Shown here piece by piece: positions 1-9,565 of a stretch of DNA of 64,000 nt (position 1 is its first letter; each line of letters opens with the position of its first letter). The notes under the pieces are model-generated. The model did no database searches. It had not been told where the DNA came from and was given only the letters and a program-made list of their open reading frames with translations. A program made the translations under genes and the position numbers. The DNA comes from Candidatus Levyibacteriota bacterium (GTDB lineage Bacteria; Patescibacteriota; Microgenomatia; Levybacterales; UBA12049), in assembly GCA_016180725.1 (NCBI GenBank), contig JACPAR010000005.1, forward strand, positions 22,654-86,653. Reading direction: 5' to 3'.

Positions 1-753
1 CCCACACCCTTACCAACCCTTATACCTACAAAACCTCCATCAACAAATAATGTGCCACCTGCCGCAGGCTACAGCAGACAAACTGTACAAACTGATACCG
101 GCGCATTTATAGTTGATATTATTTCTGCTGATTTAAACTCTACCCGCGTAATTGTAGACACAGCATCCGATTCTGACTGTTTAAATAACTGCCCAACGCT
201 TTCTCTTTCTACATACGCAGGCAGAAACAGTGCGTTCGCCGGTATAAATGGCTCTTTCTTCTGCCCGACCGAATATCCTGATTGCGCCGGTAAAACAAAT
301 TCTTTTGACACTCTTCTTATGAATAAAAATAAAGTCTATTTCAATTCTGCAAACAATGTTTACAGCACAGTGCCGGCAGCAATTTTTAAAGATAATTGGG
401 CCCGTTTTGTTGAAAAATCTCTTGAATGGGGAAGAGACACAAGCGTAGATAGCGTTATTGCAATGCAACCGCTGCTTGTTTTTAATAACCAAATAGTTTA
501 CAACGGAGGCGACAATGGGAAATTTAACAGTAAAGGCCTTCGCAGCTTTATAGGCGCTACGGGAAACACTGTTTATATTGGCATTATATCCAATGCAACC
601 ATGAATGATTCTGCCCGAGTCCTACATGCGCTAAGCATAACTAATGCGCTTAATCTTGATGAAGGCGGATCAACAGCTTTGTGGTATGGCGGAAATTATA
701 TCTTTGGACCAGGAAGAAATATTCCAAACGCCGTACTTTTTGTCAGAAAATAA
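1..753 (+). CDS. phosphodiester glycosidase family protein (NAGPA-like), 5' end outside window
   Basis: The frame stays open back to position 1 through a PT-rich linker. The C-terminus carries an LDEGGSTAL motif typical of the DUF2233/phosphodiester glycosidase family. ORF track 52..753. Confidence 0.5.
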   Translation, partial: PTPLPTLIPTKPPSTNNVPPAAGYSRQTVQTDTGAFIVDIISADLNSTRVIVDTASDSDCLNNCPTLSLSTYAGRNSAFAGINGSFFCPTEYPDCAGKTNSFDTLLMNKNKVYFNSANNVYSTVPAAIFKDNWARFVEKSLEWGRDTSVDSVIAMQPLLVFNNQIVYNGGDNGKFNSKGLRSFIGATGNTVYIGIISNATMNDSARVLHALSITNALNLDEGGSTALWYGGNYIFGPGRNIPNAVLFVRK

Positions 754-773
754 AAGAAGGAGGTGAATAAATT

Positions 774-851
774 ATGGTAAAAGAATTTGTTCGCAAAATT
801 CTAGAAATATTCGGAGTAAAAAAACCAACCTACGCAAAAGTAAGAGCATAA
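774..851 (+). CDS. small basic ORF (25 aa, MVKEFVRKILEIFGVKKPTYAKVRA) with near-perfect RBS
   Basis: AAGGAGGTG at 757-765 lies 8 nt upstream of the ATG at 774. An inverted-repeat hairpin with a T-run follows the ORF. Confidence 0.3.
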   Translation: MVKEFVRKILEIFGVKKPTYAKVRA

Positions 852-866
852 TTAAAGTAATTGATA

Positions 867-897
867 ATGTAAGAAACCTCTGTCTTACATATTTTTA
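867..897 (+). terminator. hairpin ATGTAAGA-N8-TCTTACAT followed by ATTTTT
   Basis: An 8-bp perfect inverted repeat is followed by a T-tract, downstream of the small ORF and the upstream gene. Confidence 0.35.
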
Positions 898-947
898 GCA
901 TCAATCTTACACTGTATAGCTTAAATCTACTTTACAATTAAGCTCTT

Positions 948-3251
948 ATGTCAATGTTCTTACATATTCTAATAAAAAACAAAAAGGAGCTTATACTTGC
1001 CTCTTTTGCAATGTTCCTTTTTTTGCTTTTTATTCCGGTATTTACTTATGCCTACTTTGCAAAAGACTTAACAACTAAAGATATTATTATGAACAGAAAT
1101 GATACAGGTGTAACTATATTGGATCAAAATGACCGACCATTTTTTACTTTTTATCAAGCAAAAAATAAAGAGTTTGTTCCGCTTAATGATATTCCAAAAT
1201 ACACGCAAGAAACAGTGATCTCAACTGAAGATCGCGATTTTTATTTTCACCCCGGCTTTTCTATTAGAGGAATAATCCGTTCATTTATTGAAAACATAAG
1301 ACAAAGAAGTATTGTGTATGGAGGATCAACAATAACACAACAATTAGTAAAAAATGTTTTACTTAATCCCAGCAAGAGCTTTTTAAGAAAATATCAAGAA
1401 ATTGTTCTTGCCCAAGAAATTGAACGCCGCTATAAAAAAAATGAAATCTTAGAAATGTATTTAAACTCCGTATACTTTGGAGAAGGAGCTTTTGGGATAG
1501 AAGACGCAGCTCAAGTTTATTTTGGAAAAAAAGCAAAAGATTTAACGCTTGCGCAGTCCAGCCTTCTTGCCGGTTTACTTCCGGCTCCCTCATATTTATC
1601 TCCTTTGTCTGGAAATAGAGCAGAAGCAATAAACAGACAAAAAATTGTTTTGGAAAAAATGCTTGAACAAAAATATATAACAAAAGATCAAAAATATAAG
1701 GCAGAAAACGAAAAATTAGTTTTTCGCTCACCAAAAGAAGGAATTAATGAATTTGCTCCCCATTTTGCCCTAATGGTTAAAGACGAACTCGTAAATAAAT
1801 TCGGTGAGGAATATATTTCCAGATCCGGTTTTAGGATAAAAACAAGTCTCAATCTAGACTGGCAGGAATATGCAGAAAAAGTGGTAAGTGATCAAGTAGA
1901 TAAACTTGCGCCTAACAGAGTAACAAATGGAGCAGCTGTTGTAATGGATCCAAAAACAGGAGAAATTAAAGCACTTGTTGGGAGTAAAAACTGGCATGAC
2001 AGTAAATTTGGTAAAGTTAACATAGCAATATCTTTAAGACAACCTGGGTCCGCATTTAAACCTATTGTCTATGCTTCGGCATTCGAAAGACATCTTATTA
2101 CTCCCGCAACCATTCTAAAAGATCAACCTATAACCTATCCGGGAAATTACAGCCCAAAAAACTTTGACCGAAAATTCAGGGGACAAGTTACCGTAAGACG
2201 TGCCCTTGCAAACTCTTTAAACGTTCCGTCTGTTCAGATCATGTCAAAAGTTGACATACCAGACGCTATAGAAATGGCTACAAGATTAGGCATTACAACT
2301 TTAGATGACCCATCCAATTATGGCTTATCACTTGTTTTAGGAGCAGCCGAAGTAAAACCTTTAGAACTAACTAATGTTTACGGCACGTTTGCAAATCAAG
2401 GCATAAAAAATACGCCAACTGCAATACTAGAAATACAAGATAAGCGTGGCCAGATTGTGTATAAATATCATCCTCAGAATAAAGAGGTCCTGGACCCAAA
2501 ATATTCATTTTTAATATCTTCAATTCTTTCTGATAACAAAGCAAGAGCTGAGGAATTTGGAAATCTCCTGGACATATCAAAACCGGCTGCAGTTAAAACA
2601 GGAACTAGCGAAGATTTTAGAGATTCATGGACCGTTGGCTATACTCCATCTTTAGTAATTGGTGCTTGGGTTGGAAATAACGATAATTCCCCTATGGATA
2701 ATATCGCTGGCTCCCTAGGCGCTGCTCCAATTTGGAAAGATTTGATGGAAAGATTTTTATCCGATAAACCAATTGAAAATTTTGTGAAACCTCCTGGTAT
2801 AATTGCTATCCCGTATGTGTGTGTACCTTTTAAAATATCAACACCGTCTTCATCTATGGAGTTTTTTGTAAAAGGGACTGAGCCTAATAAAGACTGTACT
2901 TTGCAAAGCCCAACTATTGTTCGACCAACCACATCAACTAATCCTGTATCGGCTACACCTCTACCCACTGTGTCACCAATTCCATCCTCGCCTACTGTTG
3001 CACCTTCTCTGTCCCCAACCCACCCTATTCCAACTCATACGTTCGTCCCGTCGAATACACATATTCGCAGCAATACTCACAGAAACAAACGCAGCTTTAA
3101 ATTAGATTCTTTTCTTACGGAATTCTTACCATTTTTTAAAGTTACTCTTACAGCTCAAGAACACAATGATTATAAGAATTATATGGAAAAAATATTAACA
3201 TCGACTAATATTTATGAATCAATTAAAAAAAGCTCTAATCTACAGATATAA
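948..3251 (+). CDS. class A penicillin-binding protein (bifunctional GT51 transglycosylase / transpeptidase, PBP1A-like)
   Basis: Has an N-terminal TM segment and the GT51 motifs GGSTITQQLVKN and RKxxEIxLAxExE. Transpeptidase motifs SAFKP, SLN and KTGT are present. A C-terminal PT-rich tail follows. Confidence 0.9.
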   Translation: MSMFLHILIKNKKELILASFAMFLFLLFIPVFTYAYFAKDLTTKDIIMNRNDTGVTILDQNDRPFFTFYQAKNKEFVPLNDIPKYTQETVISTEDRDFYFHPGFSIRGIIRSFIENIRQRSIVYGGSTITQQLVKNVLLNPSKSFLRKYQEIVLAQEIERRYKKNEILEMYLNSVYFGEGAFGIEDAAQVYFGKKAKDLTLAQSSLLAGLLPAPSYLSPLSGNRAEAINRQKIVLEKMLEQKYITKDQKYKAENEKLVFRSPKEGINEFAPHFALMVKDELVNKFGEEYISRSGFRIKTSLNLDWQEYAEKVVSDQVDKLAPNRVTNGAAVVMDPKTGEIKALVGSKNWHDSKFGKVNIAISLRQPGSAFKPIVYASAFERHLITPATILKDQPITYPGNYSPKNFDRKFRGQVTVRRALANSLNVPSVQIMSKVDIPDAIEMATRLGITTLDDPSNYGLSLVLGAAEVKPLELTNVYGTFANQGIKNTPTAILEIQDKRGQIVYKYHPQNKEVLDPKYSFLISSILSDNKARAEEFGNLLDISKPAAVKTGTSEDFRDSWTVGYTPSLVIGAWVGNNDNSPMDNIAGSLGAAPIWKDLMERFLSDKPIENFVKPPGIIAIPYVCVPFKISTPSSSMEFFVKGTEPNKDCTLQSPTIVRPTTSTNPVSATPLPTVSPIPSSPTVAPSLSPTHPIPTHTFVPSNTHIRSNTHRNKRSFKLDSFLTEFLPFFKVTLTAQEHNDYKNYMEKILTSTNIYESIKKSSNLQI

Positions 3252-4833
3252 CCCAATAAATAAAAATCCTAAAAGATCACCCCAAAACAACGGTTACCAT
3301 AAACACAAAGATAAATTAAACCACGACAACCTAGAAAACCTAAAAAAAGAAGTTAAAAAGTTAAAAAAAACCGTTAGATCTCTTGAAGATAGCCAAAGAA
3401 ACTACAAAAAAATTTTTGAAAATAGCCCAACGGGTGTTTACAGAACTTCACCTGATGGAAAAATCCTTATGGCAAATACCGCTATTATTAAAATGTTTGG
3501 ATATCTGCCATCCAAAAAATTATCAGATTATAACTTAGAAGAAAATTGGCATAGTTCTTTTCCACGCAGCAAATTTAAAAAAATCATTGCTGAAAAAGAT
3601 GAAATAAAAGGTCTTGAATATGCATGGGAAAAACAGGACAACACTATAATTTTTTTGCGCGAGAATGCAAGAACGGCAAGAGATAAAAACGGAAATATTC
3701 TATATTATGAAGGGACAATTGAAGATATTACAAAACAAAAACTCGCAGAAGAACAATTAGAAAAAAGCGAAAAACGTTTTCGCGCACTTATCGAAAAAAC
3801 TTCAGACGCAATTACGCTCATAGATGCAAAGGGAAAAAATTTATACGCTAGTCCGTCAACCAGCCGTATTTTAGGATACACTCCAGAAGAGTTTCTTAGG
3901 CAAAAACCTTTTTCTCTAGTCCATCCTGACAATCAAAAATTTATAGACAATTTATTATCGGAATTGATAAAAACTCCAAACAAAAGCATGTCCGGACAAT
4001 ACCGCCTAAAGCATAAAAATGGCTCGTGGCGATGGGTGGAATTTGTTGCAACTAATTTATTGGGGGAACCAAGCGTAAAAGCAATTGTAATCAATTACTA
4101 CGACATTACAGAACGCAAAAATTTAGAAAAAAGGAAAGATGAATTCTTAAGCATTGCAAGTCATGAATTAAAAACCCCCTTAACAAGCATAAAAGCTTTT
4201 GCTCAAGTCTTACAAAAACATTTTGAAAAACTTGGAGATAAAAAATCTGCTCAATATCTTGTTAAAATGGACGCGCAACTTACTAAGCTTACAGAGCTTA
4301 TCCATGACTTACTAGATGTTAGTAGAATTCAAGACGGAAAGTTAATTTTTAAAATAATCAATTTCAACTTAGATGAGTTAATAAACGAAATAATAGAAGA
4401 AATGCAACGTACAACAATTCAACATCATATAATTAAAAAAGGGAAAATAACAAAAAATATTTTTGCAGACAGGGAACGCGTAGGACAGGTAATTATAAAT
4501 TTATTATCAAATGCAATAAAGTATTCTCCTAACTCAGCTACTATTATTGTTAATATCTCTGAGGATAAACAAAACGTTACCATAAGTGTACAGGATTTTG
4601 GAATAGGTATTTCTAAAGAAAATCAAAAAAAAGTTTTTGAAAGATTCTTTAGAGTAGAGACCCCATACGGAGAAATGTTTCCAGGTCTTGGAGTTGGCTT
4701 ATATATTTCAGCTCAAATAATTAAACGGCACAAAGGAAAAATTTGGGTAAAAAGTAAAAAAAGAAAAGGTTCCACCTTTTATTTTAAATTACCAATTTCA
4801 TTAAAAAATGATAATATAGATAATAATGAATAA
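3214..4833 (+). CDS. cytoplasmic sensor histidine kinase (PAS-PAS-HisKA-HATPase_c)
   Basis: Contains the H-box HELKTPLTSI and N/G boxes (NAIKYS, DFGIGI, GLGVGL). PAS-like repeats lie upstream. It overlaps the next gene. Confidence 0.85.
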   Translation: MNQLKKALIYRYNPINKNPKRSPQNNGYHKHKDKLNHDNLENLKKEVKKLKKTVRSLEDSQRNYKKIFENSPTGVYRTSPDGKILMANTAIIKMFGYLPSKKLSDYNLEENWHSSFPRSKFKKIIAEKDEIKGLEYAWEKQDNTIIFLRENARTARDKNGNILYYEGTIEDITKQKLAEEQLEKSEKRFRALIEKTSDAITLIDAKGKNLYASPSTSRILGYTPEEFLRQKPFSLVHPDNQKFIDNLLSELIKTPNKSMSGQYRLKHKNGSWRWVEFVATNLLGEPSVKAIVINYYDITERKNLEKRKDEFLSIASHELKTPLTSIKAFAQVLQKHFEKLGDKKSAQYLVKMDAQLTKLTELIHDLLDVSRIQDGKLIFKIINFNLDELINEIIEEMQRTTIQHHIIKKGKITKNIFADRERVGQVIINLLSNAIKYSPNSATIIVNISEDKQNVTISVQDFGIGISKENQKKVFERFFRVETPYGEMFPGLGVGLYISAQIIKRHKGKIWVKSKKRKGSTFYFKLPISLKNDNIDNNE

Positions 4834-5185
4834 AAAAATACTAGTTGTTGATGATGATCTTGCTATATTAGAGGTTATTAAACTTATATTAGAAGAACAG
4901 GGTTATAAAGTTATCGTTACCAGTGATGGAGGAAAAGTTCAGCAGAAAATAAACGAAGATTTCCCCGATTTAATTCTACTTGATTTTTGGTTATCCGGAC
5001 AAGACGGACGTAAGATTGCAAAATATCTAAAGACCCAAGAAACTACCAGAAATATTCCTATCGTTATGATATCGGCAAATCATGAACCGGAAAAAATAGC
5101 AAGAGACGTCGACGCGAATGATTTTTTAGCAAAACCTTTTGATATTGATGATTTAGTAATGATAGTAAAAAAATATACGGAATAA
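4826..5185 (+). CDS. single-domain response regulator (CheY-like receiver)
   Basis: VVDDD acidic pocket, a conserved D in LILLDFWL, and K in the KPF motif. The 8-nt overlap with the kinase suggests translational coupling. Confidence 0.85.
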   Translation: MNKKILVVDDDLAILEVIKLILEEQGYKVIVTSDGGKVQQKINEDFPDLILLDFWLSGQDGRKIAKYLKTQETTRNIPIVMISANHEPEKIARDVDANDFLAKPFDIDDLVMIVKKYTE

Positions 5186-5216
5186 ATTCAGCCTTTTTTA
5201 ACCTACGCACCCAGAG

Positions 5217-5585
5217 CTACCCAAAAAACTTTACAATATAGGGAATAAAAACAAGAACACCGACAATTACTGATCCTATTACTGTTAATAATACCATTCC
5301 TGCTGCCACATCCTTAGCAATCTTTGCTTGTTTTCTATGATCAATTGAGATTAGATCAACCATTTGCTCAATAGCGCTATTGATCATTTCTGCACAAATT
5401 ACTAAAAGTATTACTACACCAAGAATTCCTTTTTCAAAAGAACTAACACGAAAAATAATACTTGCAATCATAACAATAACCGCAACTGCAGTATGTATAC
5501 GAAGATTTTGATCATGGGTATAAACATATATAACTCCTTCTATGGCAAAACTAAAAGACTGAATTAATCTTTGAATATTTACCAT
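5217..5585 (-). CDS. dgkA: diacylglycerol/undecaprenol kinase (DgkA family)
   Basis: AEMINSAIE motif and three TM segments. The start is an internal ATG at 5583-5585 (MVNIQRL...), giving about 122 aa and sitting 2 nt after the stop of the PAP2 gene. Confidence 0.7.
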   Translation of the reverse strand: MVNIQRLIQSFSFAIEGVIYVYTHDQNLRIHTAVAVIVMIASIIFRVSSFEKGILGVVILLVICAEMINSAIEQMVDLISIDHRKQAKIAKDVAAGMVLLTVIGSVIVGVLVFIPYIVKFFG

Positions 5586-5587
5586 AC

Positions 5588-6181
5588 TTATTTTATTAAT
5601 AACATTTTTACTCCTATTAAAAAGGTTGATAACGTAATAATTATACCAAGTAACCCTCCGCACACAACCTCTGAAATTGTATGTTTTTTTAAATATAATC
5701 TTGCCCAAGAAATAAGTATAATTAACCAAAGCAATAAAAACATTTCTCGTCCGTATAAAATGTTCATAGAGATTACAAATGCAGAAGACACGGCAACATG
5801 AACACTCGCCTTAATATAACGGTTAACTCCCGCAAAAACTATAATACCAAAAATTATGCCAAGTGAAATAATAGACAGAGGAAAAAATACCCCTTTAAGC
5901 ATTAGAGACGCTATTAAATATGTAATTGTTAAAGCAAACAAAATGATATAAAACTTAAGTCTTTGTTCTTTTTTTGTTATATCAAAATCAGAAAAATCTC
6001 CTTCTATTGTTTCAAATAAAATTATCATTACCCCAAAAATTATAAAGACAGATGAAAACAACACCCATTTCATTGCATATAAACTACTATCCGTTTGTTT
6101 GTATATAACAAAAAAAGGCATTATGAGAAAAAACAAAACAGGATGGAAAAGAAATGAAAAAAATCTTGCAAATAATTTCAT
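5588..6181 (-). CDS. PAP2-family membrane phosphatase (putative undecaprenyl-diphosphate / lipid phosphatase)
   Basis: Polytopic membrane protein. KASVHVA and SWARLYLKKHTISEV resemble PAP2 motifs 2 and 3. Directly coupled to dgkA. Confidence 0.5.
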   Translation of the reverse strand: MKLFARFFSFLFHPVLFFLIMPFFVIYKQTDSSLYAMKWVLFSSVFIIFGVMIILFETIEGDFSDFDITKKEQRLKFYIILFALTITYLIASLMLKGVFFPLSIISLGIIFGIIVFAGVNRYIKASVHVAVSSAFVISMNILYGREMFLLLWLIILISWARLYLKKHTISEVVCGGLLGIIITLSTFLIGVKMLLIK

Positions 6182-6185
6182 GCGT

Positions 6186-7415
6186 TTAATTTTTAAGCCT
6201 TTCCAATGTTTTTTCTTTTCCTAATATCTCTAATGTTTGCGGCAATGGTAAACCGCTGGTTTTACCGGTAAATATTTTATAAAAAATAGACATTTTTACT
6301 TTTTCACTTCCCATAAATTTTTTAAATACCGAAAATATTGCTTCGTTACTCCACTTATCTAGAATCGATAACTCTCGATAAAGTCTCTCTGCAATTTCTT
6401 TTTCTTCTTTGGTAAGACTAATATGCTGATCCTCCAAAAATGGAAAAGCAAGATCATAAAAGTCATTTAGGGTTGTTATTCTTGTTTGAGCAAGTGGTAC
6501 TAATTTTTGTATTAACGACTCATCAAGATAATTTTTTTTAATATTTAATATTTGATATTTGATATTTGATATTAATTCATCAGGCTTAGCTTGACGAATA
6601 TATACTCCATTCATCCATTCTAACTTTTTAACATCAAAAATTGGGCTTGCAGTATTTACATCTTTAAGATCAAATAATTTTATCATTTCTTCAATTGATA
6701 TAATTTCTCTATTCCCCCCCGGATTCCATCCCAAAAGTACCATAAAGTTAAGCAACGCTTCCTTAAGATAACCTTCATCTCTATAATCAAGCACCGATTT
6801 TGCACCGTGTCTTTTTGATAATTTTGTCTTATCCGGACCTAAAATAACAGGAAGATGAACAAATGTGGGAAGTTGCCAACCGAACGCGTTGTAAAGTTGA
6901 ATATGTTTTGGAGTTGAAGAAATAAATTCTTCTCCTCTTATCGCGTGGGAAATTTGCATAAGGTGATCATCTATAACATTTGCAAAATTGTAAGTTGGAT
7001 AACCATCAGATTTAATAATAACGAAATCTTCCTGCATACTATTGTCAAAAATAATTTCCTTTTTACCAATTTCATCAACCCAAGCAGTCCTACCTATCTT
7101 TGGCATTCTAAATCTAAATGCGCCCGAATCTTCGTAAGCAAAATTTTTATCGACCAGCTCACGCAGGTGTTTTTTATAAATTTCTAAACGATCTGACTGT
7201 TTATATTCTTCATCCCAATTAAGACCAAGCCATCTTAATATCTCATATATGGCCTTCTCGCTTTCCGGCACTAATCTTACTCTGTCGGTATCTTCTATAC
7301 GAAGAATAAATTTCCCGCTGTTTGCTTTTGCAAAAAGGAAATTATAAAGAGCAGTTCTTGTATTGCCTATGTGCGGAATTCCTGTTGGGCTTGGCGCAAT
7401 TCTTACTCTAACCAT
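6186..7415 (-). CDS. gltX: glutamyl-tRNA synthetase (short form)
   Basis: HIGH motif PHIGNTRTA and KMSKS-like KLSKRHG. The likely start is MVRVRIAPSPTG (ATG 7413-7415) rather than the first in-frame Met. Confidence 0.85.
   Translation of the reverse strand: MVRVRIAPSPTGIPHIGNTRTALYNFLFAKANSGKFILRIEDTDRVRLVPESEKAIYEILRWLGLNWDEEYKQSDRLEIYKKHLRELVDKNFAYEDSGAFRFRMPKIGRTAWVDEIGKKEIIFDNSMQEDFVIIKSDGYPTYNFANVIDDHLMQISHAIRGEEFISSTPKHIQLYNAFGWQLPTFVHLPVILGPDKTKLSKRHGAKSVLDYRDEGYLKEALLNFMVLLGWNPGGNREIISIEEMIKLFDLKDVNTASPIFDVKKLEWMNGVYIRQAKPDELISNIKYQILNIKKNYLDESLIQKLVPLAQTRITTLNDFYDLAFPFLEDQHISLTKEEKEIAERLYRELSILDKWSNEAIFSVFKKFMGSEKVKMSIFYKIFTGKTSGLPLPQTLEILGKEKTLERLKN
6541..6575. repeat. period-7 tandem repeat (ATATTTG)x5 inside gltX
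   Basis: Direct reading of the sequence. It translates in-frame as [13 protein letters not shown]. Confidence 0.75.
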
Positions 7416-7456
7416 ACTCCTTGCATTGTACCCCAAACTTTTTCTATACTCAAGAC

Positions 7457-8503
7457 ATGCCAACTCTTCATAAAGTAAAAGAGGGTATAAAAACGTCTTT
7501 AAAATTTGGCGTATATTCTTTAATAATTCTTTCTATTTTTCTGGTATTGATTAATATTGGCAAAAATCTTAAAGAACGTTTTTTCCCCACGCCTCCCCCA
7601 CTGCCAACTGTCTCTTTTGGAAAAATTCCTCCAAATAATTTTCCTAAAAACGCAACAGATAAAAATTTAACTTATACATTAAACACAGTTTCCGGAACAC
7701 TACCAACTTTTTCTGATAAAGCAAAGGTTTATAAGATTTTCCAACCGGAACCCACTCTTCTATCGCTTAAAAGGGCTCAGGAAAGTGTAGGAAAAATTAG
7801 TTTTACTTCACAACCTATAGCTCTTTCAGAAAGTATCTACCAATGGACAAATAATGATAATCTCTCTAGAAAAATTATCTTCAACATTACTTCTTTAAAT
7901 TTTAATTTATCTACAAATTTTCTTTTAACTAATCAAAATCTTTTAACTAATAAATATTTGGACGGAGCTGGTGCAAAAGATAAAGCGCAATCTTTTTTTT
8001 CCACCATGGATTCTTTTCCTGATGATATTGACTTAGCACAAACAAGAACATCTTTATTTGCGGTTGAAAACGGCGAACTTGTACCCGCCACGAGTTTATC
8101 CAATGCGACAATAGTCCGTGTTGATTTTTTTCAAAAAGATTTAGACAACATTCCCATTTTTTATCCCAACCCCTCTTTCTCTCTAATTCATGCTCTTCTA
8201 ACCGGATCTGAACCGCAAGGACAAATTATAGAGGCGAGTTTTTTTCATCATAACATAAGCAATAAAACAGCAACTTATCCTATAAAAACAGCAAATGAAG
8301 CTTTTTCGCAATTAAAAAAAGGCAATGCCTACATTGCTTCCTATAATGGCCCATCTAATGAAGCGGTAATTAAAAATGTTTTCTTGGGTTACTACTTAAA
8401 CGATAAGGAACAAGATTATTTAACACCGATTATCATTTTTCGAGGAGATTATAATTTTTTTGCTTATGTTGAGGCAATAAAAGATGATTGGATAGCTAAA
8501 TAA
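7457..8503 (+). CDS. hypothetical membrane-anchored/secreted protein
   Basis: N-terminal TM or signal segment and no recognisable domain. The ATG at 7457 is preferred over the TTG at 7421. Confidence 0.45.
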   Translation: MPTLHKVKEGIKTSLKFGVYSLIILSIFLVLINIGKNLKERFFPTPPPLPTVSFGKIPPNNFPKNATDKNLTYTLNTVSGTLPTFSDKAKVYKIFQPEPTLLSLKRAQESVGKISFTSQPIALSESIYQWTNNDNLSRKIIFNITSLNFNLSTNFLLTNQNLLTNKYLDGAGAKDKAQSFFSTMDSFPDDIDLAQTRTSLFAVENGELVPATSLSNATIVRVDFFQKDLDNIPIFYPNPSFSLIHALLTGSEPQGQIIEASFFHHNISNKTATYPIKTANEAFSQLKKGNAYIASYNGPSNEAVIKNVFLGYYLNDKEQDYLTPIIIFRGDYNFFAYVEAIKDDWIAK

Positions 8504-8506
8504 AAC

Positions 8507-9565
8507 TTATTTTGCTTGATTAGAAAATAAAGAACTTGCATTTACATAAGTTATTTTACCGCTAATAAGAGATAATAATTTTTCTGTATCATCAAACCTA
8601 TCCTGACTTTTCATAACAACGATAATAAACAAGTGGCCATTTTCCATTTTTGCCGTTGTCAAAACTCCACCGGCTTCATCTGTAAATCCTGTTTTTATGC
8701 CTCTTACTCCGTCTATTCCTAATAGTTTATTTAAATTGTGAATTTCATATAGTTTTGTACCTTCTATATTAGAAATTACCGCTCGTTGAGTTGCGACAAC
8801 CTTAGCTAATACCAGGTTTTTCATTACAATTGAAGAAAGTCTTGCTAAATCAAGTACTGTTGTGTAGTCTCCTTCATCTTCCAGTCCCGCAGAATCGGAA
8901 AAATGAGTATGAATTAAATTAAAAGCCTGTGCTTTATCATTCATCTTTTCAATAAATGCAGATTCTCCTCCTGGGTAATTTTGCGCTATAGCAATTGCAG
9001 CATCATTGCCGGAAGGCAAAAGCATTGCGTATAGTAAATCTTTAAATGAAAGCTTTTCTCCTTTTTTAAATCCTACAACAGCACCTTTAACGTTACCAGT
9101 CTTAATTGTTAAAATGTCATTCATGTTATAAAAATCTAGCGCTGTTAAAGCTGTCATAATTTTTGTTGTCGAAGCCATAGAAAAACGAAGGTATGCATTT
9201 TTTGAAAATAAAACAACTTTCGACTGATCGTCCATAATAACTGCTGCTTTAGCAGAAATATCCGGTTCTGATTTGCTTATTGAAAAATTGTTTGAACTCT
9301 TTACTCCAAGAACATCCCCCGATTTTACAGGATATGGAGCAAATACCAAATTAGTAAAAGAGGGGTTAGATAACTTATTATTTTCTATTTGCTTTTTTAA
9401 GGTTGTGTTTACTAAAATGAGATTAGCCAACAAGAAAAACAACGCTAATGGGGGTAGATAAAGATAATACTTTTTAAAATCTCTGGCATGAAAATCATTT
9501 AAAAATTTTTTGCACAGTAAGAAATTTTTCTTAAGCTTTTTTATTAAGAGTAGATAATCTTTCAT
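8507..9565 (-). CDS. dacA: D-alanyl-D-alanine carboxypeptidase (peptidase S11, PBP5/6-like)
   Basis: Motifs SxxK (ASTTK), SGN (PSGND) and KTG (KTGFT). Has an N-terminal TM segment. The ATG at 9565 has a GGAG RBS. Confidence 0.85.
   Translation of the reverse strand: MKDYLLLIKKLKKNFLLCKKFLNDFHARDFKKYYLYLPPLALFFLLANLILVNTTLKKQIENNKLSNPSFTNLVFAPYPVKSGDVLGVKSSNNFSISKSEPDISAKAAVIMDDQSKVVLFSKNAYLRFSMASTTKIMTALTALDFYNMNDILTIKTGNVKGAVVGFKKGEKLSFKDLLYAMLLPSGNDAAIAIAQNYPGGESAFIEKMNDKAQAFNLIHTHFSDSAGLEDEGDYTTVLDLARLSSIVMKNLVLAKVVATQRAVISNIEGTKLYEIHNLNKLLGIDGVRGIKTGFTDEAGGVLTTAKMENGHLFIIVVMKSQDRFDDTEKLLSLISGKITYVNASSLFSNQAK

Noticed and set aside
69-492. Minus-strand ORFs 69..311 and 181..492
   Set aside because: They lie entirely inside the well-supported plus-strand phosphodiester glycosidase gene. 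There is no RBS or homology, so they are shadow ORFs.
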